A stretch of DNA of 64,000 nt from positions 5,495-69,494 of the forward strand of contig CBDTTM010000001.1 of the NCBI GenBank assembly GCA_965363355.1. Direction: 5' to 3'. Positions within the stretch are counted from its first letter, which is position 1. Each line of letters starts with the position of its first letter. The position numbers and the translations under genes are program-made. The notes under the pieces were generated by a model, which ran no database searches, had not been told where the DNA came from, and saw only the letters and a list, made by a program, of their open reading frames with translations. The stretch comes from an uncultured Selenomonadaceae bacterium. Lineage in GTDB: Bacteria > Bacillota > Negativicutes > Selenomonadales > Selenomonadaceae. Shown piece by piece: positions 49,632 to 58,658 of this stretch.

Positions 49632-50544
49632 CTTTATCACCAGCTTTGTCTTTTTCTTGGGAAAATAATACAAATACATCCTCTAAGGAGGCCGATATTT
49701 TCTGAAGTTCCGGCAACTGTTTCTTTTGGGCCAAGAAGCAATGCGTCAATTCATCAATGGTCCGTTCTTCATCGTCTGTTATGATATGGTATTTGTTGCC
49801 AAATGATTGAAGACTGAGAAAATAACAAGAATTCATTTCGGCAGGGCGTGACTGCAGCGATAAGGCGAGTTCAAGAACGGTAAAGGGATAGCTGGCTATA
49901 AGTTCGGCTGGAGACGCGCAGCGTATCATTTGCCCGGAATGAAGCAAGGCGATTCGATGACAAAGTTCGGCTTCATCCATGTAAGGCGTCGCGGCGATTA
50001 TCGTCATGCCTTTTTTGTTGAGTCCGTATAAAAGCTGCCAAAATTCTCGCCGGGCTACGGGGTCGACTCCAGTCGTCGGTTCGTCCAAAAAGAAAATCAA
50101 GGGATCGTGGACAAGACCGCTGGCAAGCGCGAGCTTTTGTTTCATTCCACCAGACAATTTTCCGGCAAGGCGGTCGCGAAAAGTCCATAAATCCGTAAAT
50201 CGAAGAATTTCTTCGGCTTTTTGGTGAATGGCTGCTTTTTCGATGCCGTATAGTGAGCCAATCAGATCTATATTTTCTAGTACGGTCAAATCTTGATATA
50301 AGCTGAAGCGCTGAGGAATGTAGCTTAGCTTGGCTTTTATGCTTTCGATGTCGGTTTGCCCTAGAATGCGTATTTCACCTTGATATTGGCGATACAGGCC
50401 GAGCATTAAGCGAATCAAAGTCGTTTTTCCGGCACCGTCAGGGCCAACGAGGCCTAAGATTTCCCCTTTTTTGATTTGAAGCGAGAAATCTTTGAGGGCG
50501 TTGACCGAGCCAAAGTTTTTTGTTACATTTTTGATTTCAATCAT
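49615..50544 (-). CDS. ABC transporter ATP-binding protein (second ATPase)
   Basis: Walker A GPDGAGKTT, signature LSGGMKQK, Walker B FFLDEPT. Confidence 0.85.
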   Translation of the reverse strand: MIEIKNVTKNFGSVNALKDFSLQIKKGEILGLVGPDGAGKTTLIRLMLGLYRQYQGEIRILGQTDIESIKAKLSYIPQRFSLYQDLTVLENIDLIGSLYGIEKAAIHQKAEEILRFTDLWTFRDRLAGKLSGGMKQKLALASGLVHDPLIFFLDEPTTGVDPVARREFWQLLYGLNKKGMTIIAATPYMDEAELCHRIALLHSGQMIRCASPAELIASYPFTVLELALSLQSRPAEMNSCYFLSLQSFGNKYHIITDDEERTIDELTHCFLAQKKQLPELQKISASLEDVFVLFSQEKDKAGDKDANCD

Positions 50545-51517
50545 TTAATATCACATCCGCTGGCATGCCGGGCTTAAAGATGGATGACGCATTATCAACA
50601 GCAATTTTTACAGCGAAGACCATGTTGGTGCGTTCGTTTTTGGTGATGCTCTGTCTAGGCGTATACTCGGCGGAATCTTTGATTTCTTTGATTGTTCCGT
50701 GAAATTTTTGGTCAGGTGCAGCATCGATTTTGATGATGGCTTCGTCACCAATTCTTATTTTCCCCAGTTCTTCCGATGGAACATAAATCTTGATCCAGCA
50801 GTCCGTCAGATCGGCAGCAGTTGCGATGGCTGCACCGCTTGCTAGATATTCGCCCATTTCAAAATTCTTGGTCAGTACCAGTCCGTCGAGGGGCGAACTT
50901 ATGGTCATGTCGTTGATATTTGTCAGAGATTCCTGTAAGACGGCTTCACAGCGTTCTATTTCATCTTGGGCGGCCAGAATCTGATCGGATCGGTTTCCAG
51001 CGAGCAGCAGAGATTCTTTTTCTTGGGCGGCACTGAGCTGGGCTTTGCTTGAATCATAAGCTGCTTCGGCATCATCGAGTTGTTGATGAGCCGTGGCGCC
51101 AGAGGCGTAAAGTGATTGCTGGCGATTGTAGTCTTTTTCGGATTTTATAAAAGCCGCTTTGGCAGCAGCTGTGTTGGCGGCGGCTTCGCGCAATTCTTCG
51201 GGACGGGCACCTTTTTCTAGGTCAGCTAGCTGCGCCTGGGCTTTTTTGAGTGCAGCTTGATCTCTTTTGCGCGCAGATAAAAAATCGGATCGATCAATTT
51301 TGGCGATGTTTTCTCCTTTATGAAGCATATCGCCTTCTTTAATAGATAAATCCGTCATGTAGCCACTGATCTTGGTCGTGATATCTACTTTCGTGACTTC
51401 TACAGTTCCCGTGTACGTTTTGGCTGTTTTTTGTTGTTGCTGATAATTATAAATGGCCATTCCTGTTAAAACCAGAAGCAATAGTATGACAAAAATAATT
51501 TTCAGGCGTTTGTTCAA
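50537..51517 (-). CDS. HlyD-family membrane fusion/periplasmic adaptor protein
   Basis: N-terminal TM, lipoyl-like and coiled-coil hairpin, beta-barrel. 326 aa. Confidence 0.8.
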   Translation of the reverse strand: MNKRLKIIFVILLLLVLTGMAIYNYQQQQKTAKTYTGTVEVTKVDITTKISGYMTDLSIKEGDMLHKGENIAKIDRSDFLSARKRDQAALKKAQAQLADLEKGARPEELREAAANTAAAKAAFIKSEKDYNRQQSLYASGATAHQQLDDAEAAYDSSKAQLSAAQEKESLLLAGNRSDQILAAQDEIERCEAVLQESLTNINDMTISSPLDGLVLTKNFEMGEYLASGAAIATAADLTDCWIKIYVPSEELGKIRIGDEAIIKIDAAPDQKFHGTIKEIKDSAEYTPRQSITKNERTNMVFAVKIAVDNASSIFKPGMPADVILND

Positions 51518-51519
51518 GG

Positions 51520-52116
51520 TCAGTCCCTCCTTTTGATACCGGATAGGAATATATCAAGTGTCTGCGTGAGATAGGTCGTAGCAGGCAGCGATTTTTCATC
51601 TTTGATTCGAGATCGAATGGGGCGGCTGAAAAAGAAAAAATTGACCATGCCGGCCCAAAGAATGACCGCAGCATCGACATCGAGATCTTGACGAAATAAG
51701 CCTTCTTCAATTCCACGGTGCAAGGCTTTGGCGATTATTTCAAAAACATATTTTAAGTGATTTTGGGCAAATGCTTCGAGAATTGCAGAAGGGGCTATGA
51801 ATTCGCGGTAACACAGCTTGATGAAATACGGGTTTTCCGTATGGATCTTAAGCATGGTCGCAGCATAGAGCTCGAGAATATCGATGGGACTGTTTTCTCC
51901 ATTTTGGGCTTTTTGGGTGAAGTCTACCAATATTTGAAGCTGTTTTTCGACAGCGGCTTGGTAAAGCCCTTGTTTGCTGCCAAAATGATAAGAAATCAAA
52001 GCGCTGTTGACGTTGGCTTTTGCGGCAAGTTGACGAATGGAAGTCTTATCAAAACCATCGTCGGCAAAAAGCTCGATGGCAGTCTGCAATAATTTTTCTT
52101 TGCTGTCGTTTTCCAT
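51520..52116 (-). CDS. TetR/AcrR-family transcriptional regulator
   Basis: N-terminal HTH LLQTAIELFADDGFDKTSIRQLAAKANVNSALISYHFGSK. Confidence 0.85.
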   Translation of the reverse strand: MENDSKEKLLQTAIELFADDGFDKTSIRQLAAKANVNSALISYHFGSKQGLYQAAVEKQLQILVDFTQKAQNGENSPIDILELYAATMLKIHTENPYFIKLCYREFIAPSAILEAFAQNHLKYVFEIIAKALHRGIEEGLFRQDLDVDAAVILWAGMVNFFFFSRPIRSRIKDEKSLPATTYLTQTLDIFLSGIKRRD

Positions 52117-52295
52117 AAATATCCCCTTTTAATCAAATGATTTAATCTTTTGATTAAATCATAAGGCCAAAGTAATTATTTTGCAAGAGAAATTCTTTGC
52201 GTTAGGCCAGATGGTGCCAATTTTTATAAAAAGAATTGTTATCAACAACCAAAAATTATATAATTAAGAAAATAGAACCAGCGGGGGTGAAGCCA

Positions 52296-53558
52296 ATGTT
52301 TGATATAATAAAAGATTATTTCAATAAAACACATGCAGCGAGTGCTAAAGCCCGCAATTTTTTTCGCTACATAGGACCGGGTATCTTAATTACAGTAGGG
52401 TTCATCGATCCAGGAAACTGGGCATCCAATATGGCGGCCGGGGCCCAGTACGGCTACTTGCTCTTGTGGATGGTCACGCTCTCGACAATCATGTTGATTG
52501 TTTTGCAGCATAATGCAGCTCATCTAGGAATCGTTACGGGCCTTTGTTTGTCAGAAGCTGCGGCGGCGTATGTTCAACCTATTATTGGTAAATTTATTCT
52601 GGTATCCGCTGTGGCGGCTTCCATTGCTACAGCTTTGGCGGAGATTCTCGGTGGCGCGATTGCCCTATCCATTTTGTTTGGCTTGCCAATCAAAATAGGA
52701 TCGGTCATCATGGCGATGGTTTGTGGCTTTTTGCTTTGGTCTAATTCCTATAAAAAGTTAGAGAAAATCATCATCGGTTTTGTTTCGGTTATTGGCTTGT
52801 CCTTTTTAGCAGAACTCTATTTCATTGATATCGATTGGGCACAGGCAGCTTCGGGCTGGGTCGTGCCGACGATGCCAGAGGGATCGCTTTTGATTGTGAT
52901 GAGCGTGCTCGGCGCCGTGGTCATGCCGCATAATTTGTTTTTGCATTCGGAGGTCATCCAGAGCAGGCAGTGGAACTTAGAGGATGAAATCATCATCAAA
53001 AAACAGCTCAAATATGAATTTTTGGATACCTTGTTTTCCATGGGATTGGGCTGGGCGATAAACAGTGCGATGATTCTCGTCGCCGTAGCGGTATTTTACA
53101 GTCACTCCATTGCTGTTGAGGATTTACAACAAGCCGTTGATATGTTGAGGCCTCTTTTGGGCGGCAGTGCAGCACTTATTTTTGCAATTGCGTTGCTCTT
53201 TTCGGGTATTGCATCGACGACAACTGCGGGGATGGCCGGTGGCAGTATTTATGCGGGCATCTTTGGTGAGGCGTATGACATAAAGGATTATCATTCCTGG
53301 CATGGCGTTGCTTTGACCTATGGCGTAGCCGTGGCTATTTTGTTTTTTGTCAGCGATCCGTTTCAGGGACTGATTTATTCGCAAATGGCGCTCAGCATCC
53401 AGCTTCCGTGGACCATTGGTTTGCAAATTTACTTGACTTCATCAAAACGTGTCATGGGCAAATACGCAAATAATTTGCGGCAGAAAATCAGCCTGGGTAT
53501 CATCGGGTTGATTGTTGCTGGTCTTAATATATGGTTATTGATTGAAATGCTTGATTGA
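52296..53558 (+). CDS. mntH: NRAMP-family divalent metal (Mn2+/Fe2+) transporter
   Basis: GPGILITVGFIDPGNW motif. Start trimmed to the ATG at 52296 behind gggggtga. 420 aa. Confidence 0.85.
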   Translation: MFDIIKDYFNKTHAASAKARNFFRYIGPGILITVGFIDPGNWASNMAAGAQYGYLLLWMVTLSTIMLIVLQHNAAHLGIVTGLCLSEAAAAYVQPIIGKFILVSAVAASIATALAEILGGAIALSILFGLPIKIGSVIMAMVCGFLLWSNSYKKLEKIIIGFVSVIGLSFLAELYFIDIDWAQAASGWVVPTMPEGSLLIVMSVLGAVVMPHNLFLHSEVIQSRQWNLEDEIIIKKQLKYEFLDTLFSMGLGWAINSAMILVAVAVFYSHSIAVEDLQQAVDMLRPLLGGSAALIFAIALLFSGIASTTTAGMAGGSIYAGIFGEAYDIKDYHSWHGVALTYGVAVAILFFVSDPFQGLIYSQMALSIQLPWTIGLQIYLTSSKRVMGKYANNLRQKISLGIIGLIVAGLNIWLLIEMLD

Positions 53559-53564
53559 GCACAT

Positions 53565-53610
53565 AAAAAAGGAAGCTTGTATTTCCCGGGAAATACAAGC
53601 TTCCTTTTTT
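53565..53610. terminator. 46-bp perfect palindrome (bidirectional terminator) whose centre is a perfect Noc-binding-site 16-mer
   Basis: Sequence aaaaaaggaagcttgTATTTCCCGGGAAATAcaagcttcctttttt. The 16-mer lies at 53580-53595. Confidence 0.7.
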
Positions 53611-53620
53611 ATGCCTAAAA

Positions 53621-54958
53621 TCATTCTAGGCGAAACGTATGTTTGAAATAACGGTAAAGCAAAACCGATGATAACAATATTGTGGCAGCTTCAGCCAATG
53701 GGACAGTAAGCCAGATCCCGCGGATGCCAAACAAGGCTGGCAGTAGAAAGATTCCTATGCCGATCCAAACAAAACCTTTGCTCAATGAAATCAAGGCTGC
53801 ATGCTGGGGATGTCCGACAGCCGTGAAAAAACCGGAGATAATGATGTTGAGTCCATTGACAAGGAAAGCAAATGCGTAGATTCTTGCGCCGAGGGCTGCA
53901 AATTCGAGTACTTTCGGATTGGCGTCTGCTAAGAATAAGGAGACGATTTCTTTGCTGCCGAAAAAAAGCAGGAAAAAAATCAAGACGCCGATGAAACAAG
54001 CCGAGATACTGGCGAGCTGCAGGGCTTTTTTGACACGTTTTTCTTTTTTATAGCCATAATTATAGCTGATGATTGCACCGGCACCGTCGGATAAACCAAT
54101 CAGCACGTTATTGCCGATAAAAGAAAGGTAGCTGATTACCGTAAAGGCTGCAACGCCAGATTCTCCTGCATAACGCATGAGCGTGATGTTGAATAGGAAT
54201 GTTGTCACCCCTGTACCGATTTCGGTGAGGCCTTCAGCCGAACCGCTGTAAAGTATATGGGAGGCAAGTTTTTTATCGAACGAGCCCTTGGCAATCTGTA
54301 AGCTGCAATGACGGCTGCAAAATGGAAGCAGTGCCATGATGAAGGCGACGGTGCAGCCGATGCCCATTGCCAGTGCCGCTCCTCTGATGCCAAGCTCCAA
54401 ATGAGCGATGAAGTACCAGGAAAAAAACATATGGCTGCTGACGGCAACGACTAAGGCAGCCATTGCGTAAAGCGGCATTGCAATGGTTTTTAAGGCATAG
54501 TCAAATACCAGCATGACGGTCAAAAATGGTAAAAAGATTCCAGTATAACGAATATAAGTTGCGGTCGGTTCAAGCAGTCGTTCATTTGCGCCGAGCAGAC
54601 GGGCAATCGATTCTGGATAAAAATATGCGGCGATGGCAAAAAACATCGATAAAAAGAATACGAGAATCAGAGCTGTGCGAAAGGCATCGCGAGCTTTGTC
54701 CCTCTCGCCGGCACCAAGCATTCGGCCAATCGAACTTTGCGCACCGATGCCGATGACTATGCTTAGAGCAATGGCGACACTGGCAAATGGCATTGCCAAA
54801 TTCACGCTGGCGAGTGCGTCCGTTCCGATGTAATTGCCGACAAAAAGGCCATCGATGATGGTGTTCAAGCCTAAAAAAAGCATAGCAGCAATTGCTGGAA
54901 GGCTGTAATGAACGAATAATTTTTGAATGCTATCCGTGCCTAAAATATTTTCTCTCAT
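53621..54958 (-). CDS. MATE-family efflux transporter
   Basis: 445 aa, 12 TM segments, typical MATE N-terminus (LFVHYSLPAIAAMLFLGLNTIIDGLFVGNYIG). Confidence 0.85.
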   Translation of the reverse strand: MRENILGTDSIQKLFVHYSLPAIAAMLFLGLNTIIDGLFVGNYIGTDALASVNLAMPFASVAIALSIVIGIGAQSSIGRMLGAGERDKARDAFRTALILVFFLSMFFAIAAYFYPESIARLLGANERLLEPTATYIRYTGIFLPFLTVMLVFDYALKTIAMPLYAMAALVVAVSSHMFFSWYFIAHLELGIRGAALAMGIGCTVAFIMALLPFCSRHCSLQIAKGSFDKKLASHILYSGSAEGLTEIGTGVTTFLFNITLMRYAGESGVAAFTVISYLSFIGNNVLIGLSDGAGAIISYNYGYKKEKRVKKALQLASISACFIGVLIFFLLFFGSKEIVSLFLADANPKVLEFAALGARIYAFAFLVNGLNIIISGFFTAVGHPQHAALISLSKGFVWIGIGIFLLPALFGIRGIWLTVPLAEAATILLSSVLLYRYFKHTFRLE

Positions 54959-55006
54959 ATAAAATCACTCCTATATAAGAGCATAAACCATGGAGCGGCT
55001 CTAAGG

Positions 55007-55816
55007 TCAAGCTTTGATGAGCTGAAACCATATTTCATAGTAATCGAGGCCATCTTTATGCGTACTGGCTAGATAGCGAGCTAGTAAATCACCTTTGGCT
55101 TTGTACCCTTTTTCTTCGATCCAAAGCATGGCAGTGGCGAGTATTTCGTTTTTGCTGGAGGCATAATCGGTAGATAATACGGTGTAAAAGTATTTTCCGC
55201 CAGGTGGAGCCTTGAATTCAGCTCGTTCGGCAGCGGAAAAACCTGCAAGTGTAGAATCTTCGAAGCTGAGGCCGACGAGGGCTTTGTCAAAATCCGCTGC
55301 GGTTAGCAAAGCTTCTTCGGGCAAAAGCATAGTATAGCGAAGAACATTCATCCAACTGGTGTCGGGAGTCTGGTATTGTTGGTTGATTTTGATCAGATCT
55401 TCAGCATCGAGGCTTAAAAATTTGCTTTTGAATAAGGGGGCAGGTACGATTGAAAATTTTCCGATGTGCTGTTGGCACTGTTCATAGCGCTCGGTTAGTT
55501 TTTCTAGTTGGCGGCTTTGTTCGCTGAGCAGTTTAATTTTTTGTTCAAGTGCCTGTTGATTTTCTTGCAGAAGGTTTTTCATCGCATCGATATCCATTTC
55601 GCACAAAGCCTGCCGTATATCCTTTACCGGTAGTTCCATGCTGCGAAAGGTCAAGATGTCCATGAGAATGACTAGGTCATCATAGCCATAATAACGATAG
55701 CTGTTATGTTCATGTCGATGAGAGGAAAGTAAGCCGGATTTCTCGTAATAGCGAAGGCTGTCGGTCGATATAGCAAAAAGTTTAGCAACTTCGCCGATGG
55801 TCCATTTGTTTTTCAT
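55007..55816 (-). CDS. MerR-family transcriptional regulator with C-terminal effector-binding domain (BmrR-like)
   Basis: N-terminal HTH WTIGEVAKLFAISTDSLRYYEKSGLL, coiled coil, then a ~150-aa C-domain. Confidence 0.85.
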   Translation of the reverse strand: MKNKWTIGEVAKLFAISTDSLRYYEKSGLLSSHRHEHNSYRYYGYDDLVILMDILTFRSMELPVKDIRQALCEMDIDAMKNLLQENQQALEQKIKLLSEQSRQLEKLTERYEQCQQHIGKFSIVPAPLFKSKFLSLDAEDLIKINQQYQTPDTSWMNVLRYTMLLPEEALLTAADFDKALVGLSFEDSTLAGFSAAERAEFKAPPGGKYFYTVLSTDYASSKNEILATAMLWIEEKGYKAKGDLLARYLASTHKDGLDYYEIWFQLIKA

Positions 55817-56259
55817 AGAAAAGTCCTTTTCTCTTGGCCGTAAAATACGGGCAATATTTATATATATTATTTGGTAGAGAATTCGTTGAGCGCGAGGGAT
55901 AGGAGCGGAACGGCATAAAACTAGATATTGTACAAATTAGCTTTGAGGGAGGAGTTTTCCTGCAAATCAGTAGGTTTATGTAGTTTATTGTGTTGGAAGA
56001 TTTATTTTTGATGCAGTAGTAAAAATGGACATTGTATATTGTTTTGATTTAACTAATTTTTACGCAATTCTTTTTATTGAAGTGAAATAAAAAAATGCAG
56101 TTTTAGGCTGGCGTTTTTTTTCACAATGTCGTATAATAACAAATAGAAATTATCACGATAACTTTTTGCTATAGGTTAAACAATTCAGATTATTAATTTG
56201 AAAGATGCCTATAGAGCATAATGGCTAAAACAATTTAAAAAGATTGCGAGGGAATTAAA

Positions 56260-57543
56260 TTGAATAAGAGCTTCTTTAAATCATTGCATTTTCAGGTTTT
56301 TGTATCGATCATTGTCGGTATAGCTGTAGGGTATTTTTATCCTTCCGTTGGTGCAAGCATGAAACCATTGGGAGATGCTTTCATCAAACTGATAAAAATG
56401 ATCATCGGACCGATTATCTTCTGTACGATTGTCGTCGGGATTGCCGGAATGGGCGATATGAAAAAAGTCGGACGCGTCGGCGGAAAAGCATTGCTTTATT
56501 TTGAAGCGGTAACGACGTTCTCGCTTTTCTTTGGCGTATTTTTAGTCAATTGGCTCAAACCTGGTGCCGGCATGAATGTCGATGCATCATCTTTGGATGC
56601 GGCCTCGGTGGCTGCGTATACGAGCGGGGCACAAAGCCATACAGCAGTGGACTTTTTTATGAATATCATTCCAAATACCGTGGTCGATGCTTTTGCTAAA
56701 GGCGAGATTTTGCAGATTCTGCTCTTTTCCGTTATGTTTGGCTGGGCGTTGTCTAAGTTCGGTGATAAAGGGCAGCGATTGCTTGGCCTGATCAGCGATG
56801 TTTCCCATATTTTCTTTGGTTTGGTAGACATTATCATGAAGCTTGCGCCAATCGGAACATTTGGTGCCATGGCCTTTACCATTGGGAAATATGGTATTGA
56901 ATCCTTAGGCCCATTGATGAAGCTTTTAGGAACCTTTTACTTTGCCTGTTTCTTGTTTATCATCTGTATTATTTGGCCGATTTCACGCTGGGCAGGCATT
57001 AGTTTCTTGAAATATCTCAAGTATTTCAAAGAAGAGCTTCTCGTTGTTTTCGGAACAGCTTCCTCGGAAAGCGTTTTGCCGCGAATGATGGAGAAGTTGG
57101 AAAAAGTAGGTTGTTCAAAATCAATTGTCGGACTTGTCATTCCGACAGGTTATTCGTTTAATCTTGATGGAACGTCGATTTATCTGACGGTTGCTGCTAT
57201 TTTCTTGGCGCAGGCGACGAATACAGATCTTACAGTTATGCAACAGGTTACGATCATTGCCGTGTTGCTTTTGACTTCAAAAGGAGCTTCGGGCGTTACG
57301 GGCAGCGGCTTCATTGTTTTGGCAGCGACCTTGTCGACGATTCCGACAATTCCGGTAGCAGCCTTAGCTTTGATTTTTGGTGTCGACCGTTTTATGACGC
57401 AGGGTCGTGCTTTGACAAACCTCATCGGGAATGGTATAGCGACGTTTGTTGTTGCTGAATGGGAAAATGAGCTTGATAAAGACAAGCTTAAAAAAGTGAT
57501 GTATGAAGAAGTTGAACCGGAATCGGTCAAAATATCTTCATGA
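56260..57543 (+). CDS. dicarboxylate/amino acid:cation symporter (DctA/GltP family)
   Basis: SDF-family motifs ([33 protein letters not shown]). TTG start. Confidence 0.85.
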   Translation: MNKSFFKSLHFQVFVSIIVGIAVGYFYPSVGASMKPLGDAFIKLIKMIIGPIIFCTIVVGIAGMGDMKKVGRVGGKALLYFEAVTTFSLFFGVFLVNWLKPGAGMNVDASSLDAASVAAYTSGAQSHTAVDFFMNIIPNTVVDAFAKGEILQILLFSVMFGWALSKFGDKGQRLLGLISDVSHIFFGLVDIIMKLAPIGTFGAMAFTIGKYGIESLGPLMKLLGTFYFACFLFIICIIWPISRWAGISFLKYLKYFKEELLVVFGTASSESVLPRMMEKLEKVGCSKSIVGLVIPTGYSFNLDGTSIYLTVAAIFLAQATNTDLTVMQQVTIIAVLLLTSKGASGVTGSGFIVLAATLSTIPTIPVAALALIFGVDRFMTQGRALTNLIGNGIATFVVAEWENELDKDKLKKVMYEEVEPESVKISS

Positions 57544-57556
57544 GATAAGATTTTAA

Positions 57557-57597
57557 AAAGGACAGTTTTTGTTTTGGCAAAAGCTGTCCTTTTTTTG
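57557..57597 (+). terminator. intrinsic terminator after the symporter gene
   Basis: Hairpin aaaggacag...ctgtccttt followed by a T-run. Confidence 0.65.
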
Positions 57598-57673
57598 CTT
57601 TTTCTTTTAATGAAAAAGAGGTAGAAAGATTCATTGCACAAAATAGAATTTCAGGCTAAGCAGATGGAAAAAC

Positions 57674-57838
57674 TTATCCACAGGTTTATCCTCTATCCAT
57701 GGTGATTTTAGGTAAAAATGTATACTAAATATAGAAAAGTAGGTAAAAAAGATAGAATATCTAGAGTTATACACTTTTTTATCCACATTATCCACAGGCA
57801 GGTTAGTCACATGTATAAAAAAAGTCACTTTATGCACA
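57674..57838 (+). repeat. origin-distal DnaA-box cluster
   Basis: Perfect TTATCCACA at 57674-57682, 57779-57787 and 57788-57796 (the last two abut). TTATGCACA at 57830-57838. Weaker TTATACACT at 57767 and TTATCCTCT at 57686. All in the same orientation. Confidence 0.7.
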
Positions 57839-57860
57839 GGGGCTTTTAGAAGCCAATTGT

Positions 57861-57889
57861 TTGCATTTTTCAGTAAAGGACGCTACAAT
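57861..57889 (+). promoter_or_regulatory. sigma-70-type promoter TTGCAT-17-TACAAT upstream of the mgtC-like gene
   Basis: ttgcat at 57861-57866, tacaat at 57884-57889. Confidence 0.5.
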
Positions 57890-57912
57890 AAGATTACTTT
57901 TAATAAGGCGAG

Positions 57913-58596
57913 GTGAGCTTTTTGGTTGTTTCTGAATGGGAATTGCTGTTGCGATTGATCCTATCTTGTATTTTGGGTGGGATGATCGGCTATGAGCGGC
58001 AGTCGAGGCATAAATCGGCAGGTCTTCGGACCAATGTTTTGGTTTGTCTGGGCTCGTGCTTGATTATGGTCTTATCGCAGGCACTTTATCAGAATGTTGA
58101 AGGAAAGACCAATGCAGACCCGGCTCGTTTAGCGGCACAGGTGGTCAGCGGCATCGGTTTTCTAGGTGCCGGGGCAATCATGAAAGAGGGGCTTACGGTC
58201 ACAGGGCTTACGACAGCAGCCTGTCTATGGGTTGTTGCTGGTGTAGGATTGGCTGTAGGTGCAGGGTTTTATTCGGGGGCATTGTTTACAGCGGCATTGG
58301 TCTTCATCACGTTAGGCACGTTGTCCCGGCTTGATGATTGGGTTACGCATGAGAAGAACTTGTCGATTGAGATTCACACAATCGATGCACCGGGACAGCT
58401 TGTCCATATCAATCAATGTCTCGATGATCTCCAAATAAAGATCAAAGGTCTCAAAATCAAAAAATCAGAAGATGAAGCAGAAGAAGAGACGATGTGCATC
58501 GAACTGTTCGTCTTCAACAAAAAAGGAATCAAAAGCATCTTCATTATGGATGCACTTAAACAGATCGATGGTATTTTAAGTGTAAACATAGAATGA
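57913..58596 (+). CDS. MgtC/SapB-family membrane protein
   Basis: LRLILSCILGGMIGYERQSRHKSAGLRTN motif, with a C-terminal ACT-like soluble domain. Start is the GTG at 57913 or the TTG at 57922. Confidence 0.85.
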   Translation: MSFLVVSEWELLLRLILSCILGGMIGYERQSRHKSAGLRTNVLVCLGSCLIMVLSQALYQNVEGKTNADPARLAAQVVSGIGFLGAGAIMKEGLTVTGLTTAACLWVVAGVGLAVGAGFYSGALFTAALVFITLGTLSRLDDWVTHEKNLSIEIHTIDAPGQLVHINQCLDDLQIKIKGLKIKKSEDEAEEETMCIELFVFNKKGIKSIFIMDALKQIDGILSVNIE

Positions 58597-58603
58597 AAGA
58601 AAT

Positions 58604-58650
58604 AAAAAATCGCTATTCTCAACTAAATGAGAATAGCGATTTTTATTTTT
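58604..58650. terminator. bidirectional intrinsic terminator
   Basis: Hairpin atcgctattctc-aactaaat-gagaatagcgat flanked by A and T runs. Confidence 0.75.
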
Positions 58651-58658
58651 AAGCTATA

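Noticed and set aside
57631-57837. 68-aa minus-strand ORF across the distal DnaA-box cluster
   Set aside because: No RBS. The product is AT-driven and Phe/Lys/Tyr-rich. The region is better explained as a non-coding DnaA-box array plus promoter.
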